NCBI GenBank assembly: GCA_963693365.1
Contig: CAVNZM010000015.1
Coordinates: 5,091,502 to 5,155,501, forward strand
Length of the DNA: 64,000 bases
DNA from: Amoebidium appalachense
Taxonomy: Eukaryota > Protista > Ichthyosporea
Direction of reading: 5' to 3'
Shown here piece by piece: positions 1-54,969 of the stretch. The position numbers and the translations under genes are program-made. The notes under the pieces were generated by a model. The model saw nothing but the letters and a program-made list of their open reading frames with translations. It did not search any database and was not told the DNA's origin. Every line of letters starts with the position of its first letter. Position 1 is the first letter of the stretch.

Positions 1-421
1 GGGTTGGTGACTGGCCTGGTTGGCACGAGAGTTTACCATTATGTATGCGGTGAAGGCGTAGGACTTGTTAGTGGAAGGAAGAGACAGGGAATTCCTGCCT
101 GCACGAAAAATGATGTCAGATGTCACCCAATCAAAGTTAGCCAAAATTATGTGTGCCATTTTTGGCAGGTAGCTAACCATACTAGGTTAGTTGTGTCACC
201 CTTGTTGGCAATTTTTTTTTATCCCCTGCAGCGCTGCCTGCAGTACTGATATTTCTACAGAGCCATATAGAAAAGAAGATAAACATTCAGGAAATATATG
301 TTTTACGACAAAAAAAGCGCTCTTGGGGAATGATACCATCGCTAAACATTGCTACAAATTGAGCCAGTCTGAAAACTATTTTTCTCCTGTGTGGCAGTAA
401 CACAGTTTAACTCTTTTGCAG

Positions 422-3322
<2,901 letters not shown>

Positions 3323-3677
3323 CCAATGAAGTGGATCTGTTGAGAACTAAAGCTAGGATTAGGTCTGTGAAGGCATATTTCTAAAATGACCGATAAGTTC
3401 CTGTTGAGTGCATGATGTTAAAAAAAAAAAAAAAAAAAAAAAGCTCTTCTTTTGTCAATAGTTTGTCGTATTTGCCTTTGCCTAGGATTTTGTAATCCAA
3501 GACAGATTCTTTTTTAGCTGACCCTGAAATAATCCCTATAGTATGGGCAGGTTTTGTACATCTTCTGATAGGTTTTAGTTTTCAAGTGTAGCCGATGTTG
3601 GCTAATGCATTCAGTTACAGTACGGCAAATACATAATGCCCCAAATTCATGACATGGAGTCGAACCATATGAGCAGG

Positions 3678-3712
<35 letters not shown>

Positions 3713-4093
3713 AGTCAAATCCCGCGAATCCTATCATTAACAGACACAATTACCCGGCCTGTACGGTTACCGTACATGGGCCGTCATGCAGTATTGCCAT
3801 TGTTAGTTCACTTATAGAAGTGAAGGTCTGTAAAAGATCGCATCAATTTTTCTGGACATCTTGTATGATTTTAGTGGCTACAGAAAATATATGGGGCTGG
3901 GGGGGCAGGGGAAGGGGGGGGGGGGGGGGGGGGGGGTTGTGTGTGTGTGTGTTTGGGGGGGGGGGGGGGGGGGAGCCTTGTGACTTCCCTATGCAAAGGT
4001 TAAACAAAGTCACAAGAAACAGGCAGTATTTTTGCAAGGCTTGAGTAGCTTGTCTACGGAGGGAGTTTGCTTGGCTTAAGACGATCGTAGTCC

Positions 4094-4646
4094 AGGGCCC
4101 AACCACATCGGCAGAGTCAGCTTGCGAAAAGCAGAATTGTTCTTCAAAAGCGGAATTATCCTGCAAAGCAGATTATTCTGCAAAAAGCAAAATCATTCTG
4201 CAAAAGCAGAATCACTCTGCTTTTAGCAGAATCATTCTGCTTTTAGCAGAATTATTCCGCAAAAAGCAAAATTATTCTGCTTTCGGCAGCAGAATAGTTC
4301 TGCTTCCAGCAGAATATATTCTGCTTTCAGCAGATTGATTCTGCTTTTGCACGTTTTAGGAGACTGAAAAAAGCAGAATAATTCTGCTTCCAGCAGAATA
4401 TATTCTGCTTTCAGCAGATTGATTCTGCTTTTGCACGTTTGAGGAGACTAAAAAAAGCAGAATTATTCTGCTTTCGGCAGCAGAATAATTCTGCTTCTAG
4501 CAAATTTTAGCAGATTGATTCTGCCTTTGCAGAATAATTCTGGTTTTAGGAAAATAAATGAATTTCAGCTTTTTACAGAATGACTCTGCTTTTTGCAGAA
4601 TAATTCTGCTCGGAGCAAGTTGACTCAGCCGATGTGGTTGGGTCCT
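4094..4646. mobile_element. Non-autonomous foldback/MITE-like element with 32-bp TIRs and 6-bp TSD
   Basis: Left TIR agggcccaaccacatcggcagagtcagcttgc (4094-4125) pairs with right TIR gcaagttgactcagccgatgtggttgggtcct (4615-4646) with 3 mismatches. TAGTCC flanks both ends (4088-4093 and 4647-4652). The interior consists of repeated palindromic gcagaat(a/t)attctgc units. Confidence 0.85.
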
Positions 4647-5420
4647 TAGTCCGGCCATCGTGTATGTGTGTGTGTGCGCGCAGTTAATATAACCGTTATA
4701 CAGTCAATATATATATCGTGGGTGACTTAGCTCAATGCCACCAAGGCACAAAGTTTAGTAGGAGTGTAATAACGTGCTGCAGTTCTCATCGCCGCACTTT
4801 GTGTGTGTGTGCGTGTGTGTGTTTTTGTTTTTTTTTGTTTTTTTTTTTTTAAAGAAATTTTTTTTTTTTTTTACTTTCCGTTTTATTCCCGGAGGGCCCC
4901 CCCCAGGGGGAGTCGAAGGAACTACCGTCTTCCAACTAGCAACGGTGCTAAATCAAAGATGCATGCGCAATCAACGAACGTAACACATCATTACCAAATG
5001 GTACACACTTAGCGCAGAGTTTACATCCCATCCTCGCCGGCGTGTGGGGGAGCTCCAGCCCTCCTTCCTACTCAAAACCTACGAATAAATTTTTAACCAA
5101 GGGCTCTCATTGGTTCGACTACGGAAGTAATATGCCCAGTGTGTGCCACAGTGTATGGCGTCTATCGTGAGTATGGGTGCTTGATGGGGTGTGGTGTGCT
5201 TTATGTGTGTGTGTGTGCGTGCGTGCTTTGCACATGTGTGTATATGTACGCTTTGTGCACATGTGTCATGGTGTGTGGTGACGTGTGTGCAAGTGTGTAC
5301 TTGTGTGTACGCTTCAGAGTGTGTGCGTGTGTGGGCTTGTGTATGTGTGTCTGTCTGTGTGTGTGTGTGTGCACGTGTTTGTTTGTGCGTGTGGGTACTG
5401 CTCGCGTGCGCGCCGTGTGT

Positions 5421-5451
<31 letters not shown>

Positions 5452-5562
5452 GGGGGGGGGAGGAGGGAGAGAGGGGGGGGGGGGGGGGGCAGGGGGATCA
5501 CAACGGTTTGAGGCGGGGCGGGGGACGGGTGATCAAGGGGGGGAAGGGTTTTGGGAAGGGGA

Positions 5563-5601
<39 letters not shown>

Positions 5602-6489
5602 GGGGGGAGGGGGGGGGGGGGGGGGGGGGGGCAGGAACGGACTCCTCCAACCAAAGTACACCCGTCATGCCGACAACCGTTGAACACAAAAACAAAAAAG
5701 ATTCATTAAAAAAAAAACGAAAACAAAAAGGCTTCATGCGAAGAGCGAATACGAAAGAATACTTTACAACTGAAAAGCAAAACCTCGAGGGTCAATCTCG
5801 AAATTCAACAACCGTGGTGGGATTGGGCCCCCTCACGATGGGTTCTGCTCGTCGTGTATGTCTACTTTACTTAATCCACCCCCCCCTTCCCTTTCCCCAG
5901 CCGCGTGGCCTCTACGTATACTTATTCATACTCTGTGTAACTGTGCTCCCTTGTTTTTAAAAGAATTAAGTCCTAGCCCAGATCTAGACACCGAAATAAG
6001 GCAATGGTACGAGTTGTCCGCATTGAAATTCAAATGGTGCCACCGGGCAAATTTTCGAAATTAAATACACTGCGTGCATGCATGCTTCTGGTGTGCATTG
6101 CCCGGCCCACGTTTTTGAGTAAGCCCGCAGTTTACATAAACATATGGTAAAACAACACTGGTATCATGTGCATGAAGTGCACATGCGGAAGTCCGTTCCC
6201 CCTCCCCCCCCCCCTCCCCCCCCCCCCCCCCCCCGTCCCCCCCCCCCCAACCTCGCTCCACACCCCACCCACAATCGAGTTTTCACATGTTGCATAATAA
6301 TGGACACGACTATCACACACACAGTCACACATACACAGACAGACACACACACGCGCGTGTGCTCACTGTGAGTACTCACGCGCACACACACACACGCACA
6401 CACACACACGTACAACACACACACACAAACACAGTGTCACACAGGCTCTCAACAAGCACACCGTACACACCACACATACATCGTACAAA

Positions 6490-7310
6490 AACATAACTTG
6501 GCCACAAACACGAACACAGCCTTTGTACGCAAGGGTATACAAACGCCAGTACGACACACACAAACACACACCTCAAGGTGTCACAGGGAGATGTACATAA
6601 ATTTTGAGTCCCCATTCCCCCCCCCCCCCCCCCCTCCCCCCTCCCCCCCCCCTCCCCCCCCCCCCCCCCCCCCCCCCCCGCCGGGCCCCCCTCCCCCAGA
6701 GTTCCCCTTCACCCCCCCCTTTCACTCCTCCCCACAATTCCGCCCACTGCTCACGGTGACGCATATACAATTTTTAACCTGCTATCAGTAGTAGGCCGCC
6801 CCCGGGTCGGGGGGGGGGAGGGAGGGGGGGGAGGGGAGGGGGGGGGGGGGGGGGGGGCGAGGATTTGAGAGACTTTCGGAAGACATGGGAGGGAGGTTTC
6901 TGAGGGAGTGAAGGGGCTCGCTGTAAGAAGGGGAATTTACGGATACAGTGTACCGTGTAATTGCCGTGAACCCCTCCGCAATGACACCCAACCCTGAGTC
7001 TGTCACACTCTGGTCTGAGTGGGTCATGATCAGCCCGCACATGCGCATGACTCAGGGCAGTAAACCGTGTATGACCCACGGTGTGGCGTGGGTGTGTGTG
7101 TGTGTGACTGTGCACGTGTGTGTGTTGTGTTGTCCATGTGTATGTACGTGTGTGTTGTGTTGTCCATGTGTATGTATGTGTGTGCCAGTGTGCCACGGTG
7201 TCCATGTGCGTGTATGCCAGGTGTGTATCACGGTCACAGTTACCATAGGCTGAGCTCGTCGCACGGACCTGTCCGTCACAGTAGTACACCGACGGTCACG
7301 GTGTGCCACC
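6490..7310 (-). pseudogene. Possible decayed cysteine-containing LRR (FBXL/AMN1-type) gene remnant
   Basis: Scattered peptides in different frames (RCTTVTDRSV, RFTALSHAHV, QSVTDSGLGVIAEGFTAIT, LYTLAYKGCVRV) resemble the LxxLxLxxCxxVTDxGL consensus. No continuous gene model could be built. Confidence 0.3.
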
Positions 7311-7348
7311 CGACGTCACTGTGTGTGTGTACGTGTACGCCCGGCGTG

Positions 7349-7474
<126 letters not shown>

Positions 7475-7527
7475 CAGTGTGTGTGTGTGTGTGTCAGTGT
7501 GTGTGTGTGTCTCACGGTGTGTGCCAG

Positions 7528-7633
<106 letters not shown>

Positions 7634-7636
7634 ACA

Positions 7637-7669
<33 letters not shown>

Positions 7670-8389
7670 CGTGCGCGCGTCAATGACGGTGTACGGTGTG
7701 TGTATAGCATGTGCGTGGTGTGTGCCAAGACGTATTGGCACTATATATTAGTACTGCGCATGCATATTAACCAAAACCAAATCAAACTCGCGACCCAGCT
7801 TTGCCAAGTTATTCCCAAAAAAGTCACAACGTCATCAAAAACCTAAAACACATCATTTTTGAAGGGGAAAAATGGTAACAAAGAGCTCAGGTTCAACGGC
7901 TTCAAAGGCATCATGTGCACGTGCACGTGCCATCAGCCCCATCATACAGTACGGCGGGCCGACTACGGTAGCTGCATTTGGATTAAGAAGCACTGCCAGC
8001 TGCTGACCTGACGGACCGTCGTCTTAAATTAGCGGGTATTAATAACTTGCAATTGCCAAACGCCCGGGCCCCGGGCTTCCGATTCGACGACGGGCACTGC
8101 CACAAGTAGTTACACTCGCTAACGGTTGTCGATATGTACCTGGATTTATCATATGTACACCGTTAAATTTGTGGCACACACGTTGCACATGTACGACAGC
8201 GTTTTTTTATTTTTATTTATTTTTATTTTTTATTTATTTATTTATATCCAGCACTACCAATTCCCCGTCCTCCTCCTAGTGAAGTCTGGCAGCTCTGGGC
8301 CTCCAAGCGCATGCGTTCTCGGAACAGAATATTAGACAACACTGAGGTGAGACCGTCTCAGGAAACGATCTTGCTTGCACCAACTGACT

Positions 8390-10410
8390 GTAGATCTGCT
8401 GCATTCCATTCATCACCAGGTTAATGTCATGTAAGAATTCGGCCATTTATAGTTCAAAGTAACTAGTGTCTTCTTTACCCCTAACAAGGCATATATAATC
8501 TCTCCCATGTGTTACGTGCAACGTTCTTCTGTCTTTCGTTCTATAAAATGAAGCACAAGACCGTTTATTGATATCCTTGCGTCTGGCAGTTTCAGAATGT
8601 GATCCCAAAAATAATGCTGTGCATCTGTGACATCATTGTTGGTCCCACGAGATCAGTGTAACATCGAAGAACTTGACGCTGCCAAAGCATCGGAAAAACC
8701 AAGAGAGAAGCACAGTCAGTATATTATTAAACAGTTTTAAGATTCAATTTAAATTAATGAATATTTTATAGTAAACTAGGGATTTCATTACTATTTTGTT
8801 GCTAACTAGTTTTCAATCTGACAATTTGATTATTTCGATGTCAATGAACATGAACTTTTCATCGTGGATCCTTAAACCCCCACTGAATCCACCAAGGGGA
8901 ACATTCCCAGCTCCTTTCCGAACCCTTGATACATTCCACCCCGAGATCTTTTTATTGCTTTGATTTCATCAGAGTTTCCATGTGATCTACAAACGTGCTC
9001 TAAACTGCGACTTATACACCACAGTGTATATGCAGGCACATAAATCTTTATGTTATGTTACAATTTAATAAAGGCTGCTACCATATATTTTGGGGCCATA
9101 TGGAATTATGTTGACATATGCAGTACGCTTTGCCTTCGGGAAGACAGGACCGTTTTATGTTTGAGGAATGTCTGCAGGAATGTCTACGCCACCAAGTGAT
9201 TGGTCAATGCGCTATGGTATATAAAATAGCATCGCACATTGTTGGATCCTTACAACGCCCAAACCCTGTCACAAGTCTCCAGTCCTACCTTTCCCTCCAA
9301 ACTGGCTGGCTAAGTTACTGTCAATAGTCTACTAATATTATTATTATTGTTATTATTATTAGTTGAAAAGCAAACAGTTACTGGCCAAACGGTGCATGGC
9401 ATGCCCCACAAAACCTTCTGGGGTTTTGGAGCTCATGATAAACGGGAAAACGAAAGTACAAACTTTGAGTATAATATAATTAGCGACCGTCGTCAGGTAT
9501 GAAATGGTACCCACGAACATCACCCTTTATAAAAAATCCTGGCCGTGATATGTTTGCCAATAGTAATTATTCAGCTGTATCGACTCCATTCTCCAAGGGC
9601 AGGAGTGACCAGTCCCTCCCGAACCGAATTCCGGACCGCCTCGAAACATTAACATAAGACATTTTTTTTTCAAATGTAGCTGGTACCATTTTTTATTTTT
9701 ATTTTTTTTCAGAGCTCAGTAACATACATGACTGTGGGAGTCGGGACCGGGTCACGTGTCTGCAGTGAGTATTTTGGTGGCGCGCAATCACCATGTCGGG
9801 TGGCTCAGGGGTCGGGTAGCGATCTTGGACTCCTATGTGCTGCATTCCACATCCAGCTTTTTACCCCTAGTCACATTTCAAGGTGGTGTCTTCTTTACAC
9901 CTGAAACTGTAAAGGGGCATATAAAATCGCTGTAACTTATGATTTCAGTTGAATTAACAGTCTTTTGTTCTATATACAAATGGTCATTGACATCCTTGCG
10001 TCGTATAGTTAGCACGCGACCGTCCGTTGTGCATGCATCTGTACATTTTTGTTTCCCAATCGCAATATTTGATTCAATTTATGATACCACGAGATCAATA
10101 AAATATCAACTTCGTAATGTCAACGGCAGTGAAATGCGAACACTGGAAACGGCGAAAAAAATCGAGAAAAAAACAAGAGAAGTGCAGAAAGAATTAAATA
10201 AAACATATTTAGTGTTTATTGTGGTTTTGAAACTATTTATGGTAACGTAAATTCTTTTTGTTTCCCCCTTTTACTGTCAATCAGTAACGTTGTTTGATTA
10301 TTTTTTAGTTAAAAGAATCTCAAAACCCCCTTTGGTTGGCTAGGGAGAACATTCCGTGCCTCTTTCCGACCCCCCTCAGGCTGACACAATCCACCCTGAG
10401 ACTGTTTTAT
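8390..10410 (+). repeat. Diverged direct duplication (~8390-8960 and ~9835-10410) upstream of the PAN-domain gene
   Basis: Collinear shared blocks in both copies: tgctgcattcca, gtgtcttctttac, ttga(t/c)atccttgcgtc, gcatctgt, ccacgagatca, gaacattcc, tttccga, tccaccc.gaga. Confidence 0.7.
9199..9226 (+). promoter_or_regulatory. Inverted CCAAT (ATTGG) plus TATATAAAA, candidate Pol II core promoter
   Basis: ATTGG at 9199-9203 and TATATAAAA at 9218-9226, about 1.3 kb upstream of the ATG at 10533. Motif match only. Confidence 0.25.
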
Positions 10411-10532
10411 TGCGGGAACGGTTAAAACCAGCCAAAACTCTCCACTTTTCTTACCAACCCGTTTGCAACCTACCAACTTATGCAACCTCCATCGTAGTTA
10501 CTACAGCAGGGTTCGGAGTAAAGAAGTTCGAG

Positions 10533-20964
<10,432 letters not shown>

Positions 20965-21410
20965 ATTAGGGGACGACGTGCAATTGGTGGCTCAATGTGG
21001 GGAACTATCCCACATGATATGATTATGATACATATGAGTTCTATCACAGTTTTTGATACCCACATGATGTGAAGATGTTGGTTTAACTTCTTTGGGTTAT
21101 ACTCGATGCTAAGTAGGATATAACACTCCTAGTTCTCAATAGTGTGTCCCAAATCAAATAGTGATGCTGGTGTGACCTAAAGCTAGATATTGTGGTCCCA
21201 TTCTGCAATGTAACGATACATGATATATAATACTTGGGTGTTACTAAGGTATAAGAGGATGAAATGCAGCCGTAATACCCATGGATGTAGCCATCTCCCT
21301 TAAGAAAAAGGGACCTGTTGTGTCCCTTTATTATCCTACATATATAAAAGGCTGTAAAACAAACTGCCCCAAAGGCTCAAAAAGGGTCCGCTATGCGACA
21401 ACCCCCCCCC

Positions 21411-21441
<31 letters not shown>

Positions 21442-21533
21442 ACCACCACCACTGCATTCGCCACTGTTGACGTCGCTGCCACGCACAACCCCCCCCCCCC
21501 CTCCCCCCCCCCCCCACACACACACAAAACACA

Positions 21534-21610
<77 letters not shown>

Positions 21611-22288
21611 GAACACTACCACCACCGCCACAATTTTTTTCTCAAAATATGTACCAGGAATGACTAAAGGCGCAGTAAAATATTCACACACGCAACTCAG
21701 ACTCCAGGACACAGAGAAGCCATTTAATTTTGGGCTAAAAGGATCGTAACGGTTTCAGCTCACGAAACTTCAATGTGATTGTCAACTGGATGACATTGTT
21801 CAGACAGCGACTCCTAAGCCACCGCTTGAAACCGGCGTACACAAATCAAAGTATGTCGGTCTGGAATCACCGATTCCAAATCTTTTTTGATACAAACGGC
21901 TGCTCCAAACATAAGATGTTCAGATAAAACAAATATTTAATGCGTGCGGTTGCGGCACCACATTTCCATTCAAAAAGACTATTTCTAGCAGCACCCATCC
22001 TAGAGACTATTACATATATTTTCCTACCCTGACATGTACAGCCACATTGGAAACACTAATAAATATAGATCCCATCATACGACCAAACCCTGCATATTGT
22101 AAAATATTCCGGGAGAACCCCCCCCCCCCCCCCCCCCCCGGGGGGGGCGGGTTGGCCCTGAAAGTACAGGCTCACCCGAAGGAAAGATATAGAGAAAATA
22201 GACAAAAATAAAATTATCTTAACTCAAGAGTGGAGGCGGAAAGGGGGTCAGGTGAGGGTGGGGAGCAAGGCAGTCGAGGGGTCAATCA

Positions 22289-22323
<35 letters not shown>

Positions 22324-22891
22324 TTCAGCTCTCTCTCTCTCTCTCTCTCCGTGTGTGTGTTCTGAGTGTGTGCGCATGTGTGTGTGTGCGTGTGTGAGCA
22401 CGTGCTGGGCTAAATGGGTGAGTGCGCACGTCGACATGAAGAGGATCAAAGAAGATCAATTTTTAAGCACCCAAAGGAAGGAATCGGGTATAAAATCCGA
22501 GGCATGCACTACGACATGAAAGATCGTAGATCAGTACAAGGGCCAACAAAAGAGAACTCCTGGACGCTTTCTCTAACAACATTTCCTGAGAGCGGGACTA
22601 TAAAAATAAAAAACCGCGATAACTAACTTCTATGACTATGTAAATTCCCAAAATGTCGCCTCTCAACACATCCATCTGCATACGCACAGACTCTAGACGC
22701 CCAATACCCATATTAATCTCGACGTTGCTCCTCCCGCCCCTTTATGCGTCGTTGTGTCAAACCCACCAAATTAATAGCCACAACATCATCCATAGCTCAT
22801 AGTATTACACACGTGGGCCACGATGTGGTGGTTGAACCTGCGAGAGTGTTTGAGGTTACGTGGGTGGATGAGTGGGTTATAGAGGGTCGGT

Positions 22892-23019
<128 letters not shown>

Positions 23020-23281
23020 GTTTGCACATGTGCCTGTGGGTGCATACATCGCGTTGGCTTGCGCATCCACTTCTCAGTAAAGAGGAGAGGAAGGGGGAGA
23101 AGGGGAGAGGGGCAGGGGGGAGGGAGGTAGGGGGGTCGGAGAGGGAGGAGGAGAAGGGGAGAGGGGGAGATAGAAATGAGAGACAGAAGGGGGGGAGGGG
23201 GGGGGGGGGGGGGGTGAGGAAGAAAAGGGAAGCGGAGATTTCCCTTATTATGCTCCTAGAGAGCATGAGAGAGACTGGACT

Positions 23282-23312
<31 letters not shown>

Positions 23313-23590
23313 GAGACAGAGAGAGAGAGAGAGAGAGCGAACGAGAGAGGAGAGATAGGATAAAAGGCAGAGAGAACACACGAGAGGGAGGGACGGAAAG
23401 AGGGAGAGAGAGAGAGGGACAGCCTCACACTCTACGTGCATGTAGGTGTATTTAGAGTGATGGAATGTGTTTGTCTGGGTGTGTGTGAGAAGAAGTATAA
23501 TTGCCAATGAAACACAAGGAAAGGGCCGGCGGCGGGGGGGGGGGGGGGGGGGGGGGAAGGAGGGGTGTTTGGTTGGTTGGTTGGGAGGGA

Positions 23591-23625
<35 letters not shown>

Positions 23626-23726
23626 CCGAATGTGTAAAGTACGCAGTGCACGACAGATAATGCAAAATGGAGCTTGCAAAGCACACACAAAGAGTATGCA
23701 TGGCAAGCAGAGCCCACCATCTTCAG

Positions 23727-23757
<31 letters not shown>

Positions 23758-23889
23758 AAATAATAATAATATATAAATAAATCAACATAAGTAAATAAAT
23801 AAATAAAGAAAATGAAAAATGAAAAAAGAATCATCCACAGTACCCGAGTTTCGACCAATTCATCTCGTCAACGAAACCACACCACTACC

Positions 23890-23948
<59 letters not shown>

Positions 23949-24494
23949 TTTTTTTTTTTTTTTTTTTTTGGGGGGGGGGGGGGGGGGTTATGATGAAAGG
24001 TTGTCCTTTAATGTGAAATGCACATATGCACGTGTATCTTCGCCTTGCCTCTGCTGCAACTCATCAGAACATGGTCTCTTATTATAAAAATGGGAATGCA
24101 ACATTTGATATAAACACAAAGAGAAACAGGGCACGGGCTTGTGCGCAGGAAAATGACGTGCACTACAAGTAGTTGCATACTTCCTTTAGATTTGTGTGCA
24201 TAAACATGTTTCGTAAAGATCACATGCATGTAGAGAAATGGTTGTAGCAAAGAAAAAAAAAAAGGGGGGGGGGGGGGGGGGGGGGGGAGGGGGGTATGCA
24301 ATAGTGACTGGAAATATGGAGGAGACACTACAAGACAAAATAAAAAACGTCACAAAAAAGAAAACCTCGAAATCAAACATGTTATGACGGAACAAACGGT
24401 TTAAACAAAAAGAGTTCAGGCAGACCACACTTGAAGAATGACAGGGAGGTGGGGATGGGGGAGGGGGGGGGTTGCATGTGTGTGCATGTGTATG

Positions 24495-24655
<161 letters not shown>

Positions 24656-24819
24656 TGTGTGTAGATGTGTGTGCGCGCACGGGCGTGGGGGCGGGCGCGT
24701 GTGTGCATGTGTGTATGTGTGCGTGCGTCTGCCAGGTGTGTATGCATGTGTGTGTTTGTGCGTGTGTGTGTGCGTGAGTGTGTGTGTGCGGGCATGTGTG
24801 GGTGTGTGGGTGTGTATGG

Positions 24820-24881
<62 letters not shown>

Positions 24882-24886
24882 ATGGT

Positions 24887-24960
<74 letters not shown>

Positions 24961-25079
24961 CGCGCACACACACGCAAAAGTGTCTGTGCTTTGGCCAAAG
25001 CGGGAAGCACGCGGGGGGAGGGAGGGAGGGAGGGAGGGAGGGGAGGGGGGGGGGGGGGGGGGAGGGGGTTTTCCATACC

Positions 25080-29524
<4,445 letters not shown>

Positions 29525-29882
29525 GATAGATGGTGTCGCTAGGAAGATGCAGGTGCTTGTATACGGGGTGATATCGAACTACAGCCTACAACACCCGCCA
29601 CAACTCACATAAAATACCTATTTATATTATTCGAAGAACAAAGCCAAAAGAAACCGAGAAAAATGCGAAAGAAGGAAGAATGAGAAATCCAAAGACAAAA
29701 GACAGTAGACTAATAAACCTTGCTCCTTGGACCAGCAAAAGAAAGTGTGAGCCTGTGTTCTGGGCAGGGGTGCCTAGGATTACGTAATCTCATGAAAACT
29801 TAACATTAGTCTAAATATGCGTACTCGATTGCACCATAGTCTGGTAGCAAACTTATGGTGCTATGCCGTTCTCACGACGAGC

Positions 29883-29923
29883 TGACGTCACCCATCGGAA
29901 AAAGAACCGCTGGTGACGTCACC
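29883..29923. promoter_or_regulatory. Pair of CRE-like palindromes (TGACGTCA) in the divergent F-box/USP intergenic region
   Basis: TGACGTCA at 29883-29890 and ggTGACGTCAcc at 29912-29923, with cores 31 bp apart. They lie between divergent starts at 29524 (-) and ~30848 (+). Confidence 0.5.
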
Positions 29924-30847
29924 TGTTGTGCACCAGGACGACGTTTTCTCGTTTTGGCTCGTTCCAGGTCCAGCGGCCGGAGCCCTATATTTTGATTTCA
30001 AAAAGTGTCCAGGAAAAGCGACGAGGCAGGAGCAAGGGGAAAGTAAGAAGCATGTAGGAGCAGTAGTTGAGTTTTCTTTTCTGAAAGATGGTGTGGCACG
30101 AAGACACAGTCGGCGACACCAAGGTATTTGCATGCATGTGCTTGATTTCTCTAAACAGGGAAGGGGGAGGAGTTGAGAACATACAGAGTGATGAGACGTT
30201 TTTAGTTGTTCGAATCGAGATATCAAAGAGTTCGTTCGAGATGAAGAATTGTGTAAGTGCTTTTGCCATAGGGTCCGGAATGGTGGAATGGGGCAGGTTA
30301 TTACACTCTCTCTCGGCGAGGCTGAAAGGTAGAAAAGACCTAAGTGTGAGCAAGTGAAGGTATTCTACAAATCCCTGTTTAGGTCAAGGAAATCTGTTTT
30401 GATGTTGTGAATGATTCAGAGCTGACAGTGCGTGGGTAGATCTTTGCAAACGAAACTCCATGACATGCACATGCTCTTTGCTCACCTTCATTCTCGAACT
30501 CTTTACTTCTATAACATTCCATTAACATGAAGAACATTCAGAGAAACAAGCGGCCGAAACAAGCGGCCAGATGTGGATTACTTGATTGCAGCAATTTTTC
30601 TAAAAGCACCCAAGTGCCCGTGCGGATGATCTATGGAAATGCGTGTGATGCCGTGTGTTTGTGCACAGGTGCTGTGTTCGGTGCTTGAATCGTCCGTGAA
30701 CCTGTCTGTTCGTAGGCTCCTTCTGCCAGTCTACCCGTGTACACGGGCTTTGTCTATCCGTATTTGGGTGTGTGTGTGTACGTGTGCGTGTACATGTTGT
30801 GTGTGTGTGTGTGTGTGGGGCGTAAAGGCATTCACGCATTTACGTGA

Positions 30848-53686
<22,839 letters not shown>

Positions 53687-53917
53687 CATTGTGCAAGCGC
53701 TTGGCTTGAAACTCAACAGAATGAAAATGTGTGTTGATGAGAGAGCATGTAAGATGGTATCGGGTGTGTATGGGATAGGCACGTAGGAAATGTAGCCATG
53801 TACTGGGCTGTTATATTTGACATTGTGCGAGTTCTTTAGTGTGGGCACTAAAATTACTCTGGGGTTGTCTCATTACACATCTCTACACACGCATGCACAC
53901 GCCGGCGCACGCGCGCG

Positions 53918-53958
<41 letters not shown>

Positions 53959-54804
53959 ACACAGACACACACAAACACCCGTGCATGAACGTAGGCACAC
54001 ACGAGCAAAGGTGTGGCTCCAAACCGGAGTATGTGAACCAAGTTATTTCACACCCTCTCGCAATCAAACAGATGTATACACACACATACACACACACACA
54101 CACCACCTCCCATACCTACCTAGAATCAAACGTTGTTTCAATCCTGCATTGAAATTTGTTTACTATGACAAACCTTGAAGGAGAATGTATACTTGCGCAT
54201 TTCTATTCATAAACCGGAACGAACGATAAAGTTTTGAAACCCCATGCACAAGGTCTTGATGCGAGAAGCGAGATCCGATATGGCATTTGAGAACATATTG
54301 TTCTATTCTCTGTACATATGCATGGCCGATGATGATGCCTGTACCATAAATAGAACGGCATGGGAACGGTTGGCGTGGCCAGCTGCCCTCCATGCTCTCA
54401 CACTCTGGCTTCCAGAACCTCTATGTACATGCCCATGTGTACACACGAACCAATTCCATGAAGTGTGCCAGTGGTCTTTTGCGAATGGTGCCCCTACGTG
54501 TACATGTGCTGTGTATCAGTGTATCATCGTATCATGACCAGCTGCAGCACTTTCAAATACGGTCCCCTTCCTAGGTCGAAGCTTCACCCTGTACGTGCAC
54601 GTATGCAGTTGCAACGTATGCATGATGAAGTAGAACGTACGAGAGAATTTATCATGACATGTGCATAACTACTTGCCAAATTAGCCCTCCATATGGCCAA
54701 CCCGCTCCCCGGGCCTCTCCCCCCCCCCCCCCCCCTCCCCCCTCCTCCCCCCGCCGCCCGTACGCGTACACACACCACACCTACATGCATAGGGTATATA
54801 TCAC

Positions 54805-54859
<55 letters not shown>

Positions 54860-54969
54860 CGCACGCGTATGCAATGAATGTGGCACAAGATCTACAACAA
54901 ATTTGGTACTGGTGCTCAATGATGTTCAAGTATCCAATTTAATGTAGCTGGAATCATGGGAACTTGGTA

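Noticed and set aside
3420-3442. Poly-A runs (also 38647-38673 and 52708-52728) as retroposon tails
   Set aside because: No flanking TSDs or shared upstream body sequence, and homopolymers are ubiquitous in this window.
21700-22800. Repeat-poor stretch with a 70-aa ORF (22414-22626)
   Set aside because: No recognisable domain, splice pattern or terminal repeats, so it was left unannotated.
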